A DNA stretch of 63,661 nt, filler included, from Circinaria calcarea (Eukaryota): the NCBI GenBank assembly GCA_051942165.1. It is 7 parts of 7 records of this genome, joined end to end, with 100 filler letters (N's around TTAATTAATTAA, not from the genome) between each part and the next. Parts side by side here need not be neighbours in the genome. Positions count along the whole stretch, not along the records: positions 36,489 to 45,481 come from JAVECS010001006.1; positions 45,582 to 54,571 come from JAVECS010001007.1; 5 more parts are not named here. The stretch is one strand, 5' to 3'. Under the pieces are notes generated by a model. It searched no databases and had not been told where the DNA came from. It saw only the letters and a list, made by a program, of their open reading frames with translations. The position numbers and the translations under genes were made by a program. Shown in pieces: positions 36,389 to 50,006 of the stretch. Every line of letters starts with the position of its first letter. Position 1 is the stretch's first letter.

Positions 36389-37555
36389 NNNNNNNNNNNN
36401 NNNNNNNNNNNNNNNNNNNNNNNNNNNNNNNNTTAATTAATTAANNNNNNNNNNNNNNNNNNNNNNNNNNNNNNNNNNNNNNNNNNNNGGGTTTAGGTGT
36501 AGGTAGGGAGGGACATGGGGGAGGAGAGAGGAAAGAGATGTCGGAAGGCATGAGGACTTACCGAGTTCATGTGTTACCTGCGGGTAATGAATGCATGGTC
36601 CATGCTCTACACTCTCTACACAACTCTAAAAGTATCTTTTCGCTATATTGCGAGTTTGATATAGCAAATATACACTTAAATAATAATATGTACCATTATA
36701 TATATTATTCAACAAAAAGGGGGTATTTTACCATCAACGATACCCGGGAAGCTAAAATATCTAGGAGCCGTAGATTATGTTCAGCCTTGTAATTGCTTTT
36801 CGTTATACTTCTCCATGCTTCTTTTCGAATCCTTTCTAGAACAAGATCGGAACTGGTGCTGGAGCTTGGATTGTAAAGCTAAGGCTTCTTCTGTCGAATC
36901 TGCAAAAGTTTCGAATACCGGCTGCCTTGGCTTGGTCTTTGTTTTTGCTCCTCAACGGCAACGGTTGATGCCACGGTTATCTGGTCTCCTCGATATTCAT
37001 TGATGATGATTACTGGTGCGTGGCATTGCGTGTATGTGCCATCGCGTCGAGGGATCAATCCTATATAACCTTGAGCAATTGGGGATTTGTCAGGAACAAG
37101 GTAAAGTCGGGACGAGTGAAAGAAGGGTAAAGTGGAAGTAGTCCCAATCTCCCATGGCTGAATCGGGTGTTTGCAACTCGGGCTTCAGGGAACGGACGAG
37201 GCATTTAAGGGAAAAAGGAAGATACTAAACGGTGAAAAGGAGGATGCAATCAGGAATTTAATCTAGTGATGCAGCGCTATGCGTCTTTTCATAGAATGTA
37301 ATGGTGATGTTTAGTTGAAAAGGTGGTGTATTTTACTATTTCAAATTGCGAATGGAAAACATCACCTGGCCCTAGCGTCTGATCTCTGCCGTAGGTCGAC
37401 GTATCGCCAGAGGTCCCGAAGTGGGCTGGGGAGGACGGTTGTTGATACTGGACTCGGATATATGGTCATCGCCAGACACATAATTATCGCTCCCCACTCT
37501 CACCAAATAATCCCTGTCCACCCTTACCGAACTATCATTGTCCGCCCTCACAGCG

Positions 37556-40500
37556 CTATTGCCGTCCACCCTCACCGCGGTAATACGAATGCTCGCGCCT
37601 ATGGCTATCCGAAAGCGTTGCATTTGATAGTCGTAATGGAATTATTTCTTCCTCACCCTCAATCCGCTCCGGTGGGTTCGGCGGCTCACGTGTTATCGGA
37701 TGACGCTCAGATGATGCCTCACGGCGCTCGCGCAATCTTCTCGTATATTCGAATAGAATATCCTGATCGCCCTCTGGGATCCACTTTTTGATGACAATAT
37801 AATTTGAATCCTCCGCCCATTCCCAGGGTAGCTGGTAGATATCAAGTGTCTCAGTATCTATGTGCTTCCGATGTACTTTTATGTATGTTGGCCTATTCAC
37901 GCCAGAGGGGTTTATGGCATGAGGTAGCTGATTAATTTGGAACTGCGCCTTCGAAGTTGGCAACTCTTCTAACTGATACAGTTGCTTTGTCTTCATATCT
38001 CTGTACCTTTGAAGCTTTGAATTGATAAGTGTGACGCTTTTCCACAAAGTTAATAATCCTGAATAGCTTAAAAGAAATGCCCAGGCAAGGTCGATTAAGT
38101 TGGTACAGACAGTCCGAACATCTGGGTTGAAGGCTAGAAGAAGAGCAAGACCGATTATCACAGTGGAGACACAGACTACCAATAATAATATTAGTATAGA
38201 GGACCAAAGTTTGTATGCTGTAAAGTAAAAAGGGTATATATCGTCATAGCTCCTTACTTAGATATCCTCACCGCGAACGACGGAGTAAGAAACGGCTTAG
38301 AGCAGCAGTTCGTCCGTATAATTTACCAAGAAGATCCTATCACCACAACTCGAAAAAGGAAGGAAGGGAAAGCTAGAGTTCACACCACCGAAGTAAAAAC
38401 TGTAACTTACAAATGATCGGCAAGATTAACCCAAGGCCATAATTAGCCTGATTCAACTCCTTAGCATTCATGCCAAATACTGAGGCGATGAAGGATAGTG
38501 GTAACTATCAACATCAGCAAAAGAAAGACGCTTGCCGATGGAGTAAATGTACGAAAACAATGGTAACGACAGTGAAGAGTAAGATGGACCGCCCTTGCTT
38601 GACAGCCTCTGCTGCCACTTTTGACGACTCTTCAGCCTGTTTTCGTGACGACCAAGCTTCACTCAAGTTTGCTTGCTTTTGCCGTAAGTCGAGAAGATAT
38701 CGGAGCTAAATCTTGTCAATAGAAAGACGATGAGGAGTGAGCGCTCAGCGGAGAGAGCGCCGGAGTAACGTACTGCATCATATGTACGCTCAGCTTGTAA
38801 TATTAACCCTCCGAATTCAAGCTTCCTTTCCTCAATGGCACGAAGTGGATCAATTTCTGCCCAGGCTTCGATGCGCGCGTCGAGATGCTTCGATCCGTTG
38901 CTGACATTCCTTACTGTTAACCCTGCGGCAGAGGTCCTTTGCTCTTGAAGATGGGCAGCAGTATTCTTCCAGCCTTGCTTTTTGGCAAGGTTGACGATTT
39001 TATGATACTCATTTTTCAGTAGTCTAGCAACAACCCCCTGCTCTTTATACACCTTCAATATGCTGTTGAGTTCATCCATTATATCTTGAATTTCTCTGAT
39101 CAAAAATGTTTCGGAGGAGATATTTGAATGGGAGTCAAGGGCACGATTGAGTTCCATTAGAGAAGTAGGATCTGTCGAAGCGCGTAGATTTTCCATTTGA
39201 GCAACTAAGTTATTAAACCTTGTAAAACAGGTGGTTGTTTTGTCGCTCTGTAAATATCTTAGGGCTGCGGAGAAAATGTGCGAAAGGGCCTTACCACGGC
39301 ACTGATGGAGTTGGCGAAGAATTCAATAAATCTCAAGGGGGTTGGCAGTTGGCTACTTTTGAAGAAGAAACCGGACGCATGATCGATAATTAGAGCCGCC
39401 AAGTCCCAAGAAGATTCCAGCGTGGAAACGACGCCTTTTGCCAAATGGCCCAGAATATGTTCTAATACTTCGTCGTGACCATCGGGGTCATCCTCCTGAC
39501 CAAAACTAGTAGGAAATGCCGTGACAATAAGGCCTATAGAGTATCTCAGCAACGTTAAGTTTAGTAAACGGGGATTCAAACCATCATCAAGTATACATAG
39601 CCAGAGCTGATCGACCATCATAATCGGGGGATCTGGGTACCTAAGAATGTCTCGTACATAGCGGTTGACAACTTGATCATCATCACGAGTATGGGTATCT
39701 TTTAACGAGAGATGGAAGTATTGGTCGAGGGTTCTTCGGATATGTAATGGGCTGGGGGATTGAAGGTAGGTGTACATAGCTCTCTCTGGTAATGAGAACC
39801 ATGGTCGAGGTACGAGGTCAATTTCGCCTATGATTCTCCTTCTTTTTGACTGGTCTGATTGACGTTCCCAATGTAAATAAGGCATCTAAATTTCGTGTCA
39901 GTATTTGGCGACTTCGGGATGTATAGATATTCATTACATATAAGAGTAAAGGGCATTGAGCAGGCCTCTGGGGATCTTTTCGACCAGTAAGCCGGTTTAA
40001 CTGCTCGGTCGCTTCATACGGTCAGTACCAATTAGGGTTACCAATTTGAACTTTTACAGTATATCACTCCAGACCAGTGTTCTTTGTACTCCAGCAGCTA
40101 ACGCCAAGAGCGTTGAGTGATATCACGGTGCGAAACGTACTCTCGGAAGGCTGTTATACGACGGTGCATGGAAAACCGTAAATTGGATATAGCTGCTTGT
40201 AGAAATTCCAAAAGCGAGCTCCATTCAGGATCTCCATTCGCAGCCATATCGAGAACTTTCCTTTATAGCCCGCCGTATGATAGCCCGAAGCACCTCACGT
40301 GAATACTATTTCAAAGTACCTTAGATGGACCCCTTAGACGGGGTGGAGTATTGACAACGCTGTTTCTCGCCACAGTAACTGTAATCAAATGTCCATGTGA
40401 CCAACCAGTGTGAGAAGTAAATTACTTACTGATAGGCGTCGCCGAACAGGTAGGTTTCATGAAACGCGTGTGAAACGATCTTCCAGCACTGCTGTGTTGA

Positions 40501-41469
40501 TTCGCAGTCCATTTATCATGCCTCAGAATCAACTCCATATACTCACGACTAGAGCTTCTGATTGACTTTAAGCTTGCCAAACGTTCTTGACATACCATAT
40601 CTATAAGTTTCTTGGTTTATCTATCAGTAAGGTATACCTGGGAGGGGTGTCGGCGACTCACCTCAAACCAATCCATGTTATTGGAGGGTAGATGAATCCA
40701 TCGGAAACTAGGCTCTGCAAGGCTTTTACCTTGAAATAGTTTGGCCTCATGCATCAACATCGAAGGCCCAGTTTTAGATTCTTCAGACGAAAAGTCTCGA
40801 TCCATTCCACCCAAAATCTTATACACGGGAAACCTTCCTATAAAGGGCTCCGGTGATTCCCCACGGGAGTTCAAGAAGTCCACAACCACAGATTGCGCTC
40901 CGAATGCTGTAGATTTATTCCGGTTTTCCGGTGGTGCTGTATGAGAATAGACAAGATGCGTGGAAGGATCTTCGTTCCGAGGCGTACTCCGCAATTGGTT
41001 AGGCGTATCATGTCTCTCATTTGATGTAGGAGATGATCCATGTTGGGACTCCACTTCTGGTATCGATTCTCCGCCAGCGGGCGCCGAGTCAGATTCAGGA
41101 TCTGTGTATACAGAAGTAGAAGTACCGCGCCTGACTGGTAACGTTGATATGGGAAGGGCTTCACTCTTTTGTCTCTCCAATTCTTTTCTATCTTCTTGCA
41201 GCTTTGCGCTCTCGTCAGCGGCAACCGAGACAGCTTCGGCAGGATCTGCCGCTAGGGAAGACTCCCGAGTTCCACTCAGGTCTCCGCTGCTTCCTGAGCC
41301 TTGTGTAGGCTCGTCGTACGGAGACCGTCCAACTCATGTCGATTCGGCCTAGCTGTCTCAGATGTGGAGTCTCCAGGAACGGCATCGTCTGCCAAACGAG
41401 TATCTGGGATGGTCGTCTGTGTTTCCTCATGGAAGTTCTCGACGAACGCTCTGTAGGGACGGTCGGCCA
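37556..41469 (-). CDS. Large fungal protein with CorA-like Mg2+-transporter C-terminal region and a small conserved C-terminal domain; multi-exon, possibly decaying
   Basis: FRWIHLPSNNMDWFE, MPYLHWE, LHIRRTLDQYF, MVDQLW, LLDLRQKQANL, LFTVVTIVF/LPLSFIASVFGMN, then RPTYIKVHRKHIDTETLDIYQLPWEW. Frame breaks near 41336 and 40100-40270 could not be explained by clear introns. Confidence 0.65.
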
Positions 41470-41496
41470 TTGCTACTATAGCACAGCCGTCCGCGG

Positions 41497-41613
41497 ACGC
41501 AAAGAGCAGTAACTGGCGTTGCAAAGAGCAATGAAGACGTTGCAAAGAGCAGTGAGGACGTTGCAAAGAGCCCAGTAATTGTAGTTGCAAAGAGCAGTGA
41601 AGGTCTTGCAAAG
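41497..41613. repeat. 21-25 bp tandem repeat with core TTGCAAAGAGCA, 5-6 units
   Basis: CGTTGCAAAGAGCAATGAAGA / CGTTGCAAAGAGCAGTGAGGA / CGTTGCAAAGAGCCCAGTAATTGT etc. Confidence 0.85.
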
Positions 41614-42384
41614 GATTCTCATTTTCAGCCTCGTCTCTCTATGTAAGTGCAGCACGCCCCACACCATGGCGAACCATACCCAAAGCAGGGATGATGAACA
41701 GTAACATTTGGGGGCTTAAGAGTTATAGCCAATCAGATAGATCCAGCACTTCTAGTCAAAAGAAAAAATCTCCAACTAATTCCGACAGGAAAATCTCACC
41801 AGCTTACCCCTTCTTACCTTATAAACTCCTCAATTGATACTCCAATCGTCAAGTCACTGTCTTACCCATTAGGCACGACCAGCTTCCCCAACGAAATAAC
41901 AATACCGCCTTATCTAGAAATTCAAAAGGGGCCAACCCTAAGCGAGTGGGCGTTCCCACCCCGCGCTAGCCTCTTTTGTCAATGGCTGCCTGGCAGCCTT
42001 GGGTGGATTTCACTCATCTCCAACTCGAGGTAATAGTCCGCGGGAAAGATGGAGCTGTGCCAGAGTAGTAGGAGGAAGGTGATAGGAGGTGATTGTCGTA
42101 GTAGATTGAGGGTATTGAAGGGTGTTTAGAGGGGGGGGGTTTTAATGGAGGAGGCGGAGTTAAGATAAGAGCTTAATTGGATATAGATGGAGTGAATGGA
42201 TTACTAGATGGCGTTTAGATTGAGTGAATATATTGCAAGATGGCGTTTGTAGTATGTGCTCATAGACTAGGCCGCAAAAACACATCGACGGCGTGTATTG
42301 CTTCTGCCCCCAATTCGCCGGAGACAACCCCTCCTCCTCTTTCATTAATCTTCGTTACGAGCAGGCAATGCTTAGATCCAACTG

Positions 42385-42846
42385 TCATTCTTCTTCGTAG
42401 CCTTCAAGTTCTCCTTCCAGGTCATTTTGGGTAAAGTATCCTTCTCTCATAGCTCCCATTGAGAAGGAATCCTCATACTCTGCCCAAAGCCTTTCCATTG
42501 ACACCATCCCATCGTACTTGAGAGTCATGCCGATCAGAAAGTGGTCAGGAACTTCATCGACGCCGAGACTCTGCAACGTGAGACGAAGATTCTGGACCTG
42601 TTCATCGAAATGCCTTTGCTCCTCGTCGAGATCAATGATGGAGTTGAGTTCCCCCTCCTGCTGCTGATTATGCTGGTCAAGATTCTGGGTGGTAAGGGGG
42701 GTAAAGGGGGTCGTAGAGGCTGGGATGGTTATTGCAGCAGCCGCTGTTACAAAGGGATAGTGCTCGGAATGATTCATCAAGCTGTCGACGGTGATGAGGG
42801 TCTGATGAGAGGGAATGTTCGGAGCTCTCGGCGCTTGAGCGGTCAT
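42385..42846 (-). CDS. Hypothetical acidic protein, 153 aa
   Basis: Uninterrupted ATG-started ORF with protein-like composition. No family recognised. Confidence 0.4.
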   Translation of the reverse strand: MTAQAPRAPNIPSHQTLITVDSLMNHSEHYPFVTAAAAITIPASTTPFTPLTTQNLDQHNQQQEGELNSIIDLDEEQRHFDEQVQNLRLTLQSLGVDEVPDHFLIGMTLKYDGMVSMERLWAEYEDSFSMGAMREGYFTQNDLEGELEGYEEE

Positions 42847-43371
42847 TGTGGCTATTGGGTGCGGTGATTAGCATTATGTAGCGGTGCCTATCTTCGAGTT
42901 TGATTATGTGGGGTTGACTCCGGAAGATAGTCCTGATGTAGCCCATGGTATGGAGAGGGCATTGTAGCACAATCCTAGTCAAGGGGGTCTCAGTCCAAGG
43001 ATTTGGCTTACATGTCTGATCCTTGCACGTTACTCAAGTTTCCCTCAGCAGGGCTACTACCCGTATGGTTCGCGGTAGCGAAAGACATTTCCAGAGGCTC
43101 TGCAAGTGTATTGGCTTATGTTGGAAGGTATAGGGGCAGTTGTGGGCGGTCTTGAGTGCTCTCCCATCCTCGCAAAAGCTGGAAGGGGGGTAGCTGTGAT
43201 GGACTGAGAGGTACTTGGAGTGGGCGTACTTATGAGACTAAGTACAGGGCTACATGAAGAAGTAGGATATAGAAACAAATGACAGAACGGATAGCGCAAC
43301 AACGAACTATAACTCGGTTATTGGTGGGATAAGGTTCAAGGAAGTAGAATGAACATGATAGTTGAATTAAA

Positions 43372-43390
43372 TATATATATATATATATAT
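43372..43390. repeat. (AT)n microsatellite
   Basis: About nine AT units visible. Confidence 0.85.
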
Positions 43391-44883
43391 TGGAGGTTCA
43401 ACTCATCAGGAGAGCACTTGCTCCATTTGATCGAGGACAAGTAAGTTCAAAGCAGCCTCTGGCTTCGATCAATGACCAAATGACTTCGGAGTCAAAGGAT
43501 GATGAAAAGCACAGAAGCCAAGTCAGACTGCCGGTAGGCAAGACCGACCAGTCTAAAGGGGAGTGTGCAAATCATGATCAGTAGTAACCGTTACTTTCCA
43601 AAACAGATGAATGGAGATGTGATCGAGTCAGCGTAGAATGATTTCCGAATCTTCTCGAGAGCGCAGGGAAGAAAAAGAAGAGAAGACGGCACCCTCTTAC
43701 CATACGGGCATTGCGGCAATCTGCAATAAGCTGGCGGTCCCAAGAATTCCTAGCACAGTTCCTTTGGGCTCTGCTGATTGGACCAAGGGAATTTGTAGAG
43801 ACATGCAAGACGCCCCGAGGCTCCTGCCGGACGCAAGCGATCCGACTCCGTTACGCAAAGGAGCTTGCGCATGCATGTCGATCTCTCCGTTCAACATGCA
43901 GGTCTGAGAGACGCGGACGCATACCAGTAAATCTCGTAGAATATCAGCGTAATCTATACCCGATGAAGGAGTATCTCCGCTTGCCCATCCAATCTGGGAT
44001 TCATCCCCGGGGCACAGCTGCGCAGCGTGGCAGGAAACACCGAGCTTATGTGTGTCCGTTGGGCTGATTCTCCAGGCTGGCCTATTAGCTTCCTCGGCAC
44101 TACAACCTTGACTTGCGCATATGCACAAGGCTCAAGGGGACGGTAGCTAGTATCTTAGACACTACTTTAGTACCATAGTACCATAGGCTTTCCGATGCAT
44201 CGACACTGACCTATGGGTGTAGATACTGTCCACACCGTTACAAGGGTCCCCCGTATGACCGGTCAACAAACGTGTCGCCGAGCTCGTCCAGTCAGCTTAC
44301 CATAGCTGGTTGAACAGTTACAACTGCTATAACAAAACTAAACCATGCCTCTCACTCGTAGAAAAGCCTACTCCATAACAGGGGCTCCGAGAGATACATC
44401 TGGGATACGTTTAGTTTGATCCCTTTTCTTCCCTCGAATTGTGTATGATTTTCGATGAGTATGCACTCGGAGTAGAGGGGTAGCAATAACCGCGCTAATA
44501 GCTATTATCAATCGCAGAACCATGTACGGGGTAGAGATTCGGGCCAATCGAAAACCGCTCATACTGCGCCCACGAGCTGATCGGAGCAGAATAAGGCCAC
44601 AAATCACGTGCCAGCCTGACTATCCCAAAAACTAGCAGGAAACACCTCTCCAAAGCCTTACTAAATAAAGCCTCCATCAGCCCGACATTTCCTAGGCATA
44701 CACGTGTCACTTCCTCTTACCGTAAGGCTGAAGATACCTCAACACCTTGCATCATCTGACAGACAGAGCCCTAAAATCCGTTTTTGTTATGGCGCCAGCA
44801 CCATAGCATGTACTAAGGACGAAAGGAGTCAGGCCCCGGGGGAACTAGGGACCGGACTCCGGGTTGCTTACACTGCTGTTCTG

Positions 44884-45149
44884 TGTAACCATAGGGAGCA
44901 TAGGGACCACCAGGTTGCTCACTACGGACAGGACGGGAGCATAGGGAGCATAGGGAGCAACCATAGTATATAGGCAGGCTGTTCGTCGCTCTTTAGAATA
45001 GCATGCTTATAGAACCATAACGAGTTCAATATACTCCTTTTATATTGAGCCTAGGGTAACAGTTCAACTACACCCTATGTAACCGTGCTATCACCAATCG
45101 GGGTTTATCATATTCCTCAATAGGCCCCAGGGATTGCAGCACCCTTACA
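44884..45149 (+). mobile_element. Solo LTR, 266 bp
   Basis: TGTAA...TTACA termini, flanks GTTCTG / GTTTTG (possible target-site duplication with one transition), internal CATAGGGAG repeats, second copy at 18253-18391. Confidence 0.78.
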
Positions 45150-45581
45150 GTTTTGTGCTTATGTCCTTGGTACTACTACTTGTCTCAGAAACTCAGACTG
45201 CTTTTGGTTCGCTGCCGCGTATTTTTCGGAATGTCCATATATAGTTAGTAGATGCTAAAAATAACGTGCGCGCGAAAGCGCAGTCTGAGGAATTCATCCA
45301 GCCTTTTTAATGACGAGAGCGAACTTTTTGAATAAAAAGTGGGTTTACTATACTCATTATTAATCAACAACAACACGCCGTATTGAAATTCTGAAAAGGC
45401 TATATTCAAGAGCTTATTAATAGCTATAATCTGTCAGAGCCAATTTTTATTAATATTTCGCGTTAAGGCTCTAGAAGTGTTNNNNNNNNNNNNNNNNNNN
45501 NNNNNNNNNNNNNNNNNNNNNNNNNTTAATTAATTAANNNNNNNNNNNNNNNNNNNNNNNNNNNNNNNNNNNNNNNNNNNN

Positions 45582-46248
45582 CTATCAGCAAGCTCCACGG
45601 ATACAACGGGCCGACAGTATCGATTTCGTAGGCTATTGCCTCGCCTGGCATGACTGTGTCGCGGAGCATCACCACTACGAGGAAACCGAGTTCTTCCCGG
45701 CCATTGACAAGGCTGTTGGCGAGAAAGGTGTGATGGAGAACGCGGTTGAACAGCATGGTCCGTCATCCCTACCCAGCTCGCAAGCAACCTCATGACTAAC
45801 CAACCTATTCATAGCCGCCTTCCACGACGGTTTGGAGCGATTCAAAAACTACCTTCTGGAAAAAGGAGTCAACTTCTCACATGTGGACCTCATCGCCATC
45901 ATGGATTCGTTCTCGGAACCGCTGTACGCTCACCTGAAGGCCGAACCTACGTCGATTCTCGCTCTTTCCCGTTACAACACGCCCCAAACGCCGATTGACA
46001 TCGTAGCAATGGCCTTAGAAGCCGGCAAGAAGTCGGTCACGATCGGCTTCGTTTTTAATGTCCTTCCCGTCTTCCTACTGAACATGGAAACTGTGGACTT
46101 CGAGGGAGGGATGTGGCATAACGTCTTCCCACCCTTTAACAAGGTGGTAAAGTGGATTCTGACCAGAGGCGCTCCGTTGTGGCAGCGACGGCGGTGGCGG
46201 TTTGCTAGCTGTACTCCTGATGGCAAGTTCAAACACCTAGCCGTCTAA
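45582..46248 (+). CDS. Hemerythrin HHE cation-binding domain protein (5' end lost at contig edge)
   Basis: Frame YQQAP..FVGYCLAW....HHHYEETEFFP....EQH / intron / AAFHDGL....HLKAEP shows hemerythrin H/HxxxE spacing. Confidence 0.8.
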
Positions 46249-46882
46249 TAAACGTACCTAGGATCGTTAGCGGAGCAAAAGGTCACCGTTGCTTGTGGCT
46301 GTTCGGGGAAGTTTGGAGTTAATGCCAAGTATGGGAAGGCGAATCGCATGCAATTTTTTATGGCTTTCAGGTCTAGCATTTCAAGCTGGCTTTCTACCAA
46401 GTCCAAGCAGACAAACTATAAACTTGTAGGGATTGTGATAGAAGGCTAAGCGCTAAATCTCGTGATCTATATTCCGGTTTCCTCTCCACCCCCTTCGCAT
46501 TTATTAATTTTGATTACTTCTTTATTATTCGTCTATCTTACAAGTGTTTTAATTTATGGTATAGTTGCATATACTATATCTTATCCTATTCTGTGTGAGC
46601 TGTATACAATTCAGTTGTGTGGATCGAAAACGAGGCGAGGACGCTTTAAGCAGAGCGATATAGGAGAGAGAATGCAAGAAACAATTGAGGTTTAGGATTA
46701 ATCCTGTTCCAAAGCCTTTTCCAGTTCCTCTGTGCCTTATATCCGATTCGAATAACGATATTTTTAAGCCATAGATGTTATCTCGCCCCCCTTGTTTTCG
46801 ACGATGAAAAGTTCTTAGCACAGATAGTTTCCCAAGCTTCTACATTAGCCTCCGTTAAATAGCAATAGCATAATGCAGGAGA

Positions 46883-48621
46883 TTAAACCCCTACTACAGA
46901 CCTTGCCTTGATCATAATCTCAATCTGCTCCTTCTGAACCACGATGTAGGTCTTGAGATCCATCCAATTGATCTGTCTCCCCAGCGCGATAGACAGGTCA
47001 AAATTCCAAACCAAGCGTGCCAGTACCACCCGCAATTCAGCCAACGCAACGGATTTGCCCAGGCAACTACGCGCTCCCAGTCCAAACGGCTTCTGGTTAT
47101 TCCGGTGGTCGTTCTTAAACTCGACTGGTCGAAGACCGTGAGGGAGGAAGCGGTCGGGCAGGAAGTCGTTGGAGCGATGGAAATTGGCGTCTGAGCGGGA
47201 CAAGGCGGTCGAATTGACGGTCACGTGGGTCTAGTATTAGCAAATCCATCAGCACATTACCACCATAGCTCAGGTAATCAACAAAACTCACGCCTCCTGG
47301 CAGGAAATAGCCGCACACGGTATCTCCGCCCTTGGGCACAACTCGAAGAATTCCCCCTGCCACGGGATTACACAGTCGAAGGCCCTCACAGATCACAGCG
47401 TTAAGGAAGGGCAGGTTCTGCAGAGCTCGAAACGTGATATCTAATTCTTTTTGAAAGCTGCTTCGAATCTCCTTTTCTAGCTTCTGTAGCTCAAGCGGGT
47501 TCTGAATAAGATAGTTGGTCGTTCCGCAGAGCACAGTGCTAGTCGTTTCACTACCCGCCAAGAGGAGCAGAGCTGTGGTTGACTCGATTTCGGGGATACT
47601 CATCTTCTCAAAATTCGGGTTATTCTTGAGCATAGGAGTCATGAAGTCGTCCCGCTCTGGGGCAAGGTTCATGCGTCGATGAATTTTATCTAACGCAGTC
47701 GCGTAATGGTCGCGCTGTATTTTGCGTATGCTGGCGGGAATCAACCGTATGAGAAGGGGTTCTAGGCCTACGTAATATCGAGTAGCGGCTGCCAGTGCCA
47801 TCACTAATGATAATTAATAAGAATTCTTGTCAGAGGAAGCGTTAAGGGCATGAACAGGGATTTCGCCATTGTTGGTATACCTTTCAAAGCATTGAAGATC
47901 ATGCTCACCCAGGGGTGATTTCTCGTATTACTCAGGCAGCGAAAAGACTCTCCCAAGGTGAGCTCGCCTGTGACATCGAATGTGTACCAGTTGAACCACT
48001 CTACGATGTTAATGGTGGCTCCCACTTTAGTATTTTCTGGAGCGGTAGCTCGCTCCATAAGTCTGTCCACCAACAATGTAGTGTAGGACTGAATTATAGG
48101 CTCCTGCTTCATGAGTGCACGCTCGGTGAATGCCGGCATAACTAATTGGCGCATCCGAGCATTCTCGTTGGCATCGATGGTGGTGATCAGATTGTCCGGC
48201 TGGCCTGGAGGAGATTTGAAAAAGGTTGGATCCCTAGGAAATGGCTTGTGGCCGGCTCGGCCAGAGAAGATATCGTACCATGCATCTTCCCGGGCAAAAG
48301 AAACTTCATCCGGTGCAGTTCGCACAACATCACCGTAATGCTCGTGAAACTTCTTCACGTCAACAACAAGATTGCCTGACAGGAGGGAACGAACGAAGCC
48401 CAACCGGCTGGCTCTCCACCATAGTGGGCCAGGGATTTGTGCGAGAGAATGAAAGTAAAGATTATAGACAACATTTCCGGCCCAGTACTAATCAAGCTCT
48501 GTTAGCAGAAGCAAGTATGTTCTCGTGTCTACGAGATGCTTACAAGCAAAAACACCGAAACAATGGTATTGGTTAAAGACGGGATATCGAGGTCCTTGCC
48601 GGAGATAGCAAGAACGCCCAT
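46883..48621 (-). CDS. Cytochrome P450 monooxygenase (Tri11/CYP65-like appearance; 3 introns)
   Basis: IPGP, AGSETT I-helix, EGLR, PDRF, heme loop PFGLGARSCLG. Confidence 0.92.
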
Positions 48622-50006
48622 AATGACGGGAACTATGGCAAAGCAATCCCAAGAGCTGATGTGGCTTAGAAGCACAACATCCAGCGTTTGGGTCTTTTAT
48701 CCGCTTCAAGCCTGATATCGTAGCAGGATCTGTGCTTTCGCATTGGCCACCAGAGGTCCACTAGCAGAGTATACAATCGAGCTCCGTAAAGCTAGGCGGA
48801 GGTCTCCTTGTGGACAGGGCGACTGATTGGCCGGGAGGATGATTATTCCGGGCCTGCTTAACATCTTCCGATCATAACAAAGATTCCCAAAACCCCCAAT
48901 TCGTGTGCTCCTCAGCGTGTGCGTCGCGAGTTGATCGAGAAAGCGGATAGTGCACTGACGACCTAAGTGGTCCGGGCTCTAAGGACACCTCATTCCCTTC
49001 CTCGTCATCAAGGAGAAGCGAGAACTGAAGAGGTAAACCCAGGCGCTGTCAGCACGTACAAATACAAAGGATTATGCATGTAAAGATGCTCCTCCCTGGA
49101 GTCTCGGTTCAGTATAAGAACGCGTCAAATACAGCAGGATTACAGAAGCTAGGCAGTGTTACTGTGCCGGATGCCTCCCCAACCTGCAATGCGACACCTT
49201 CCTTTTGACGTACTCGGATAAATCCCCCGACGACTGATTTTGGTTTTAGGAGGCGTATATAATGGCGTTGAAAGGCTGGGCCTAGGACCAAGAGATTGGA
49301 GGTACGCGAGTGAAATTGGGCTCCTACGCCGCGGGGTATGCATGGCCCCCTAATAGACTTATCTATTTATCTAAGATTCAAGGTTAGTCTCGTCCGTGTC
49401 CGCATCAAGTCTACACAACTAAGCCAGGGTGGGGTACATGCAGTGTGAAATACATGGTTAGAGGTGCACGCAGGTCTGATAGCGAAAGCGGAGATACCAA
49501 ATCCTTCGAATGCAACGTTGGAACCGGCTGTTACCGATCGCATTAAGGTAGATCAAGGTCTAAATGTGAGCCCAAGCGCCTCTGCAAATGAATTAGTCAT
49601 TTGAAGGATGTACCTGCACGTACGTCAACAAGTCTGCTGTGGGATTTTGGGGAAAATAATCGTAGTACCGGCGCCACCAACCGGGGACTTCTGGGTATGA
49701 GAACACCAATCAACGGCCTACTGTTTGCAAATCGCACTAGGGTTCAATACCCATCATACGAAGTAGACTGCTCTGGCCAGTAAGGTAAGATAAGCCATAA
49801 GGCTAGAGAGCAGCAGGTAATCGATGATCACACACTCTCTTTCCGTTAATATTCCATGGTCATAGAGTGCTTGTGTTGTTCTCGTCTCACCCAAGCACAT
49901 TCGGTTCTGGAGCGTCTCTTTCTCACACAACTCATGTCGTTCTCGCCCCACCGAAGTTTATTCTGTGCCTGAGTATCTCTTTCAACATCGAAGGCTAACT
50001 TTCAGC

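Noticed and set aside
18253..45149. Two same-orientation LTR copies as the ends of a 27-kb element carrying the arsenic cluster
   Set aside because: They lie on different, size-sorted contigs, and the second copy is a self-contained solo LTR.
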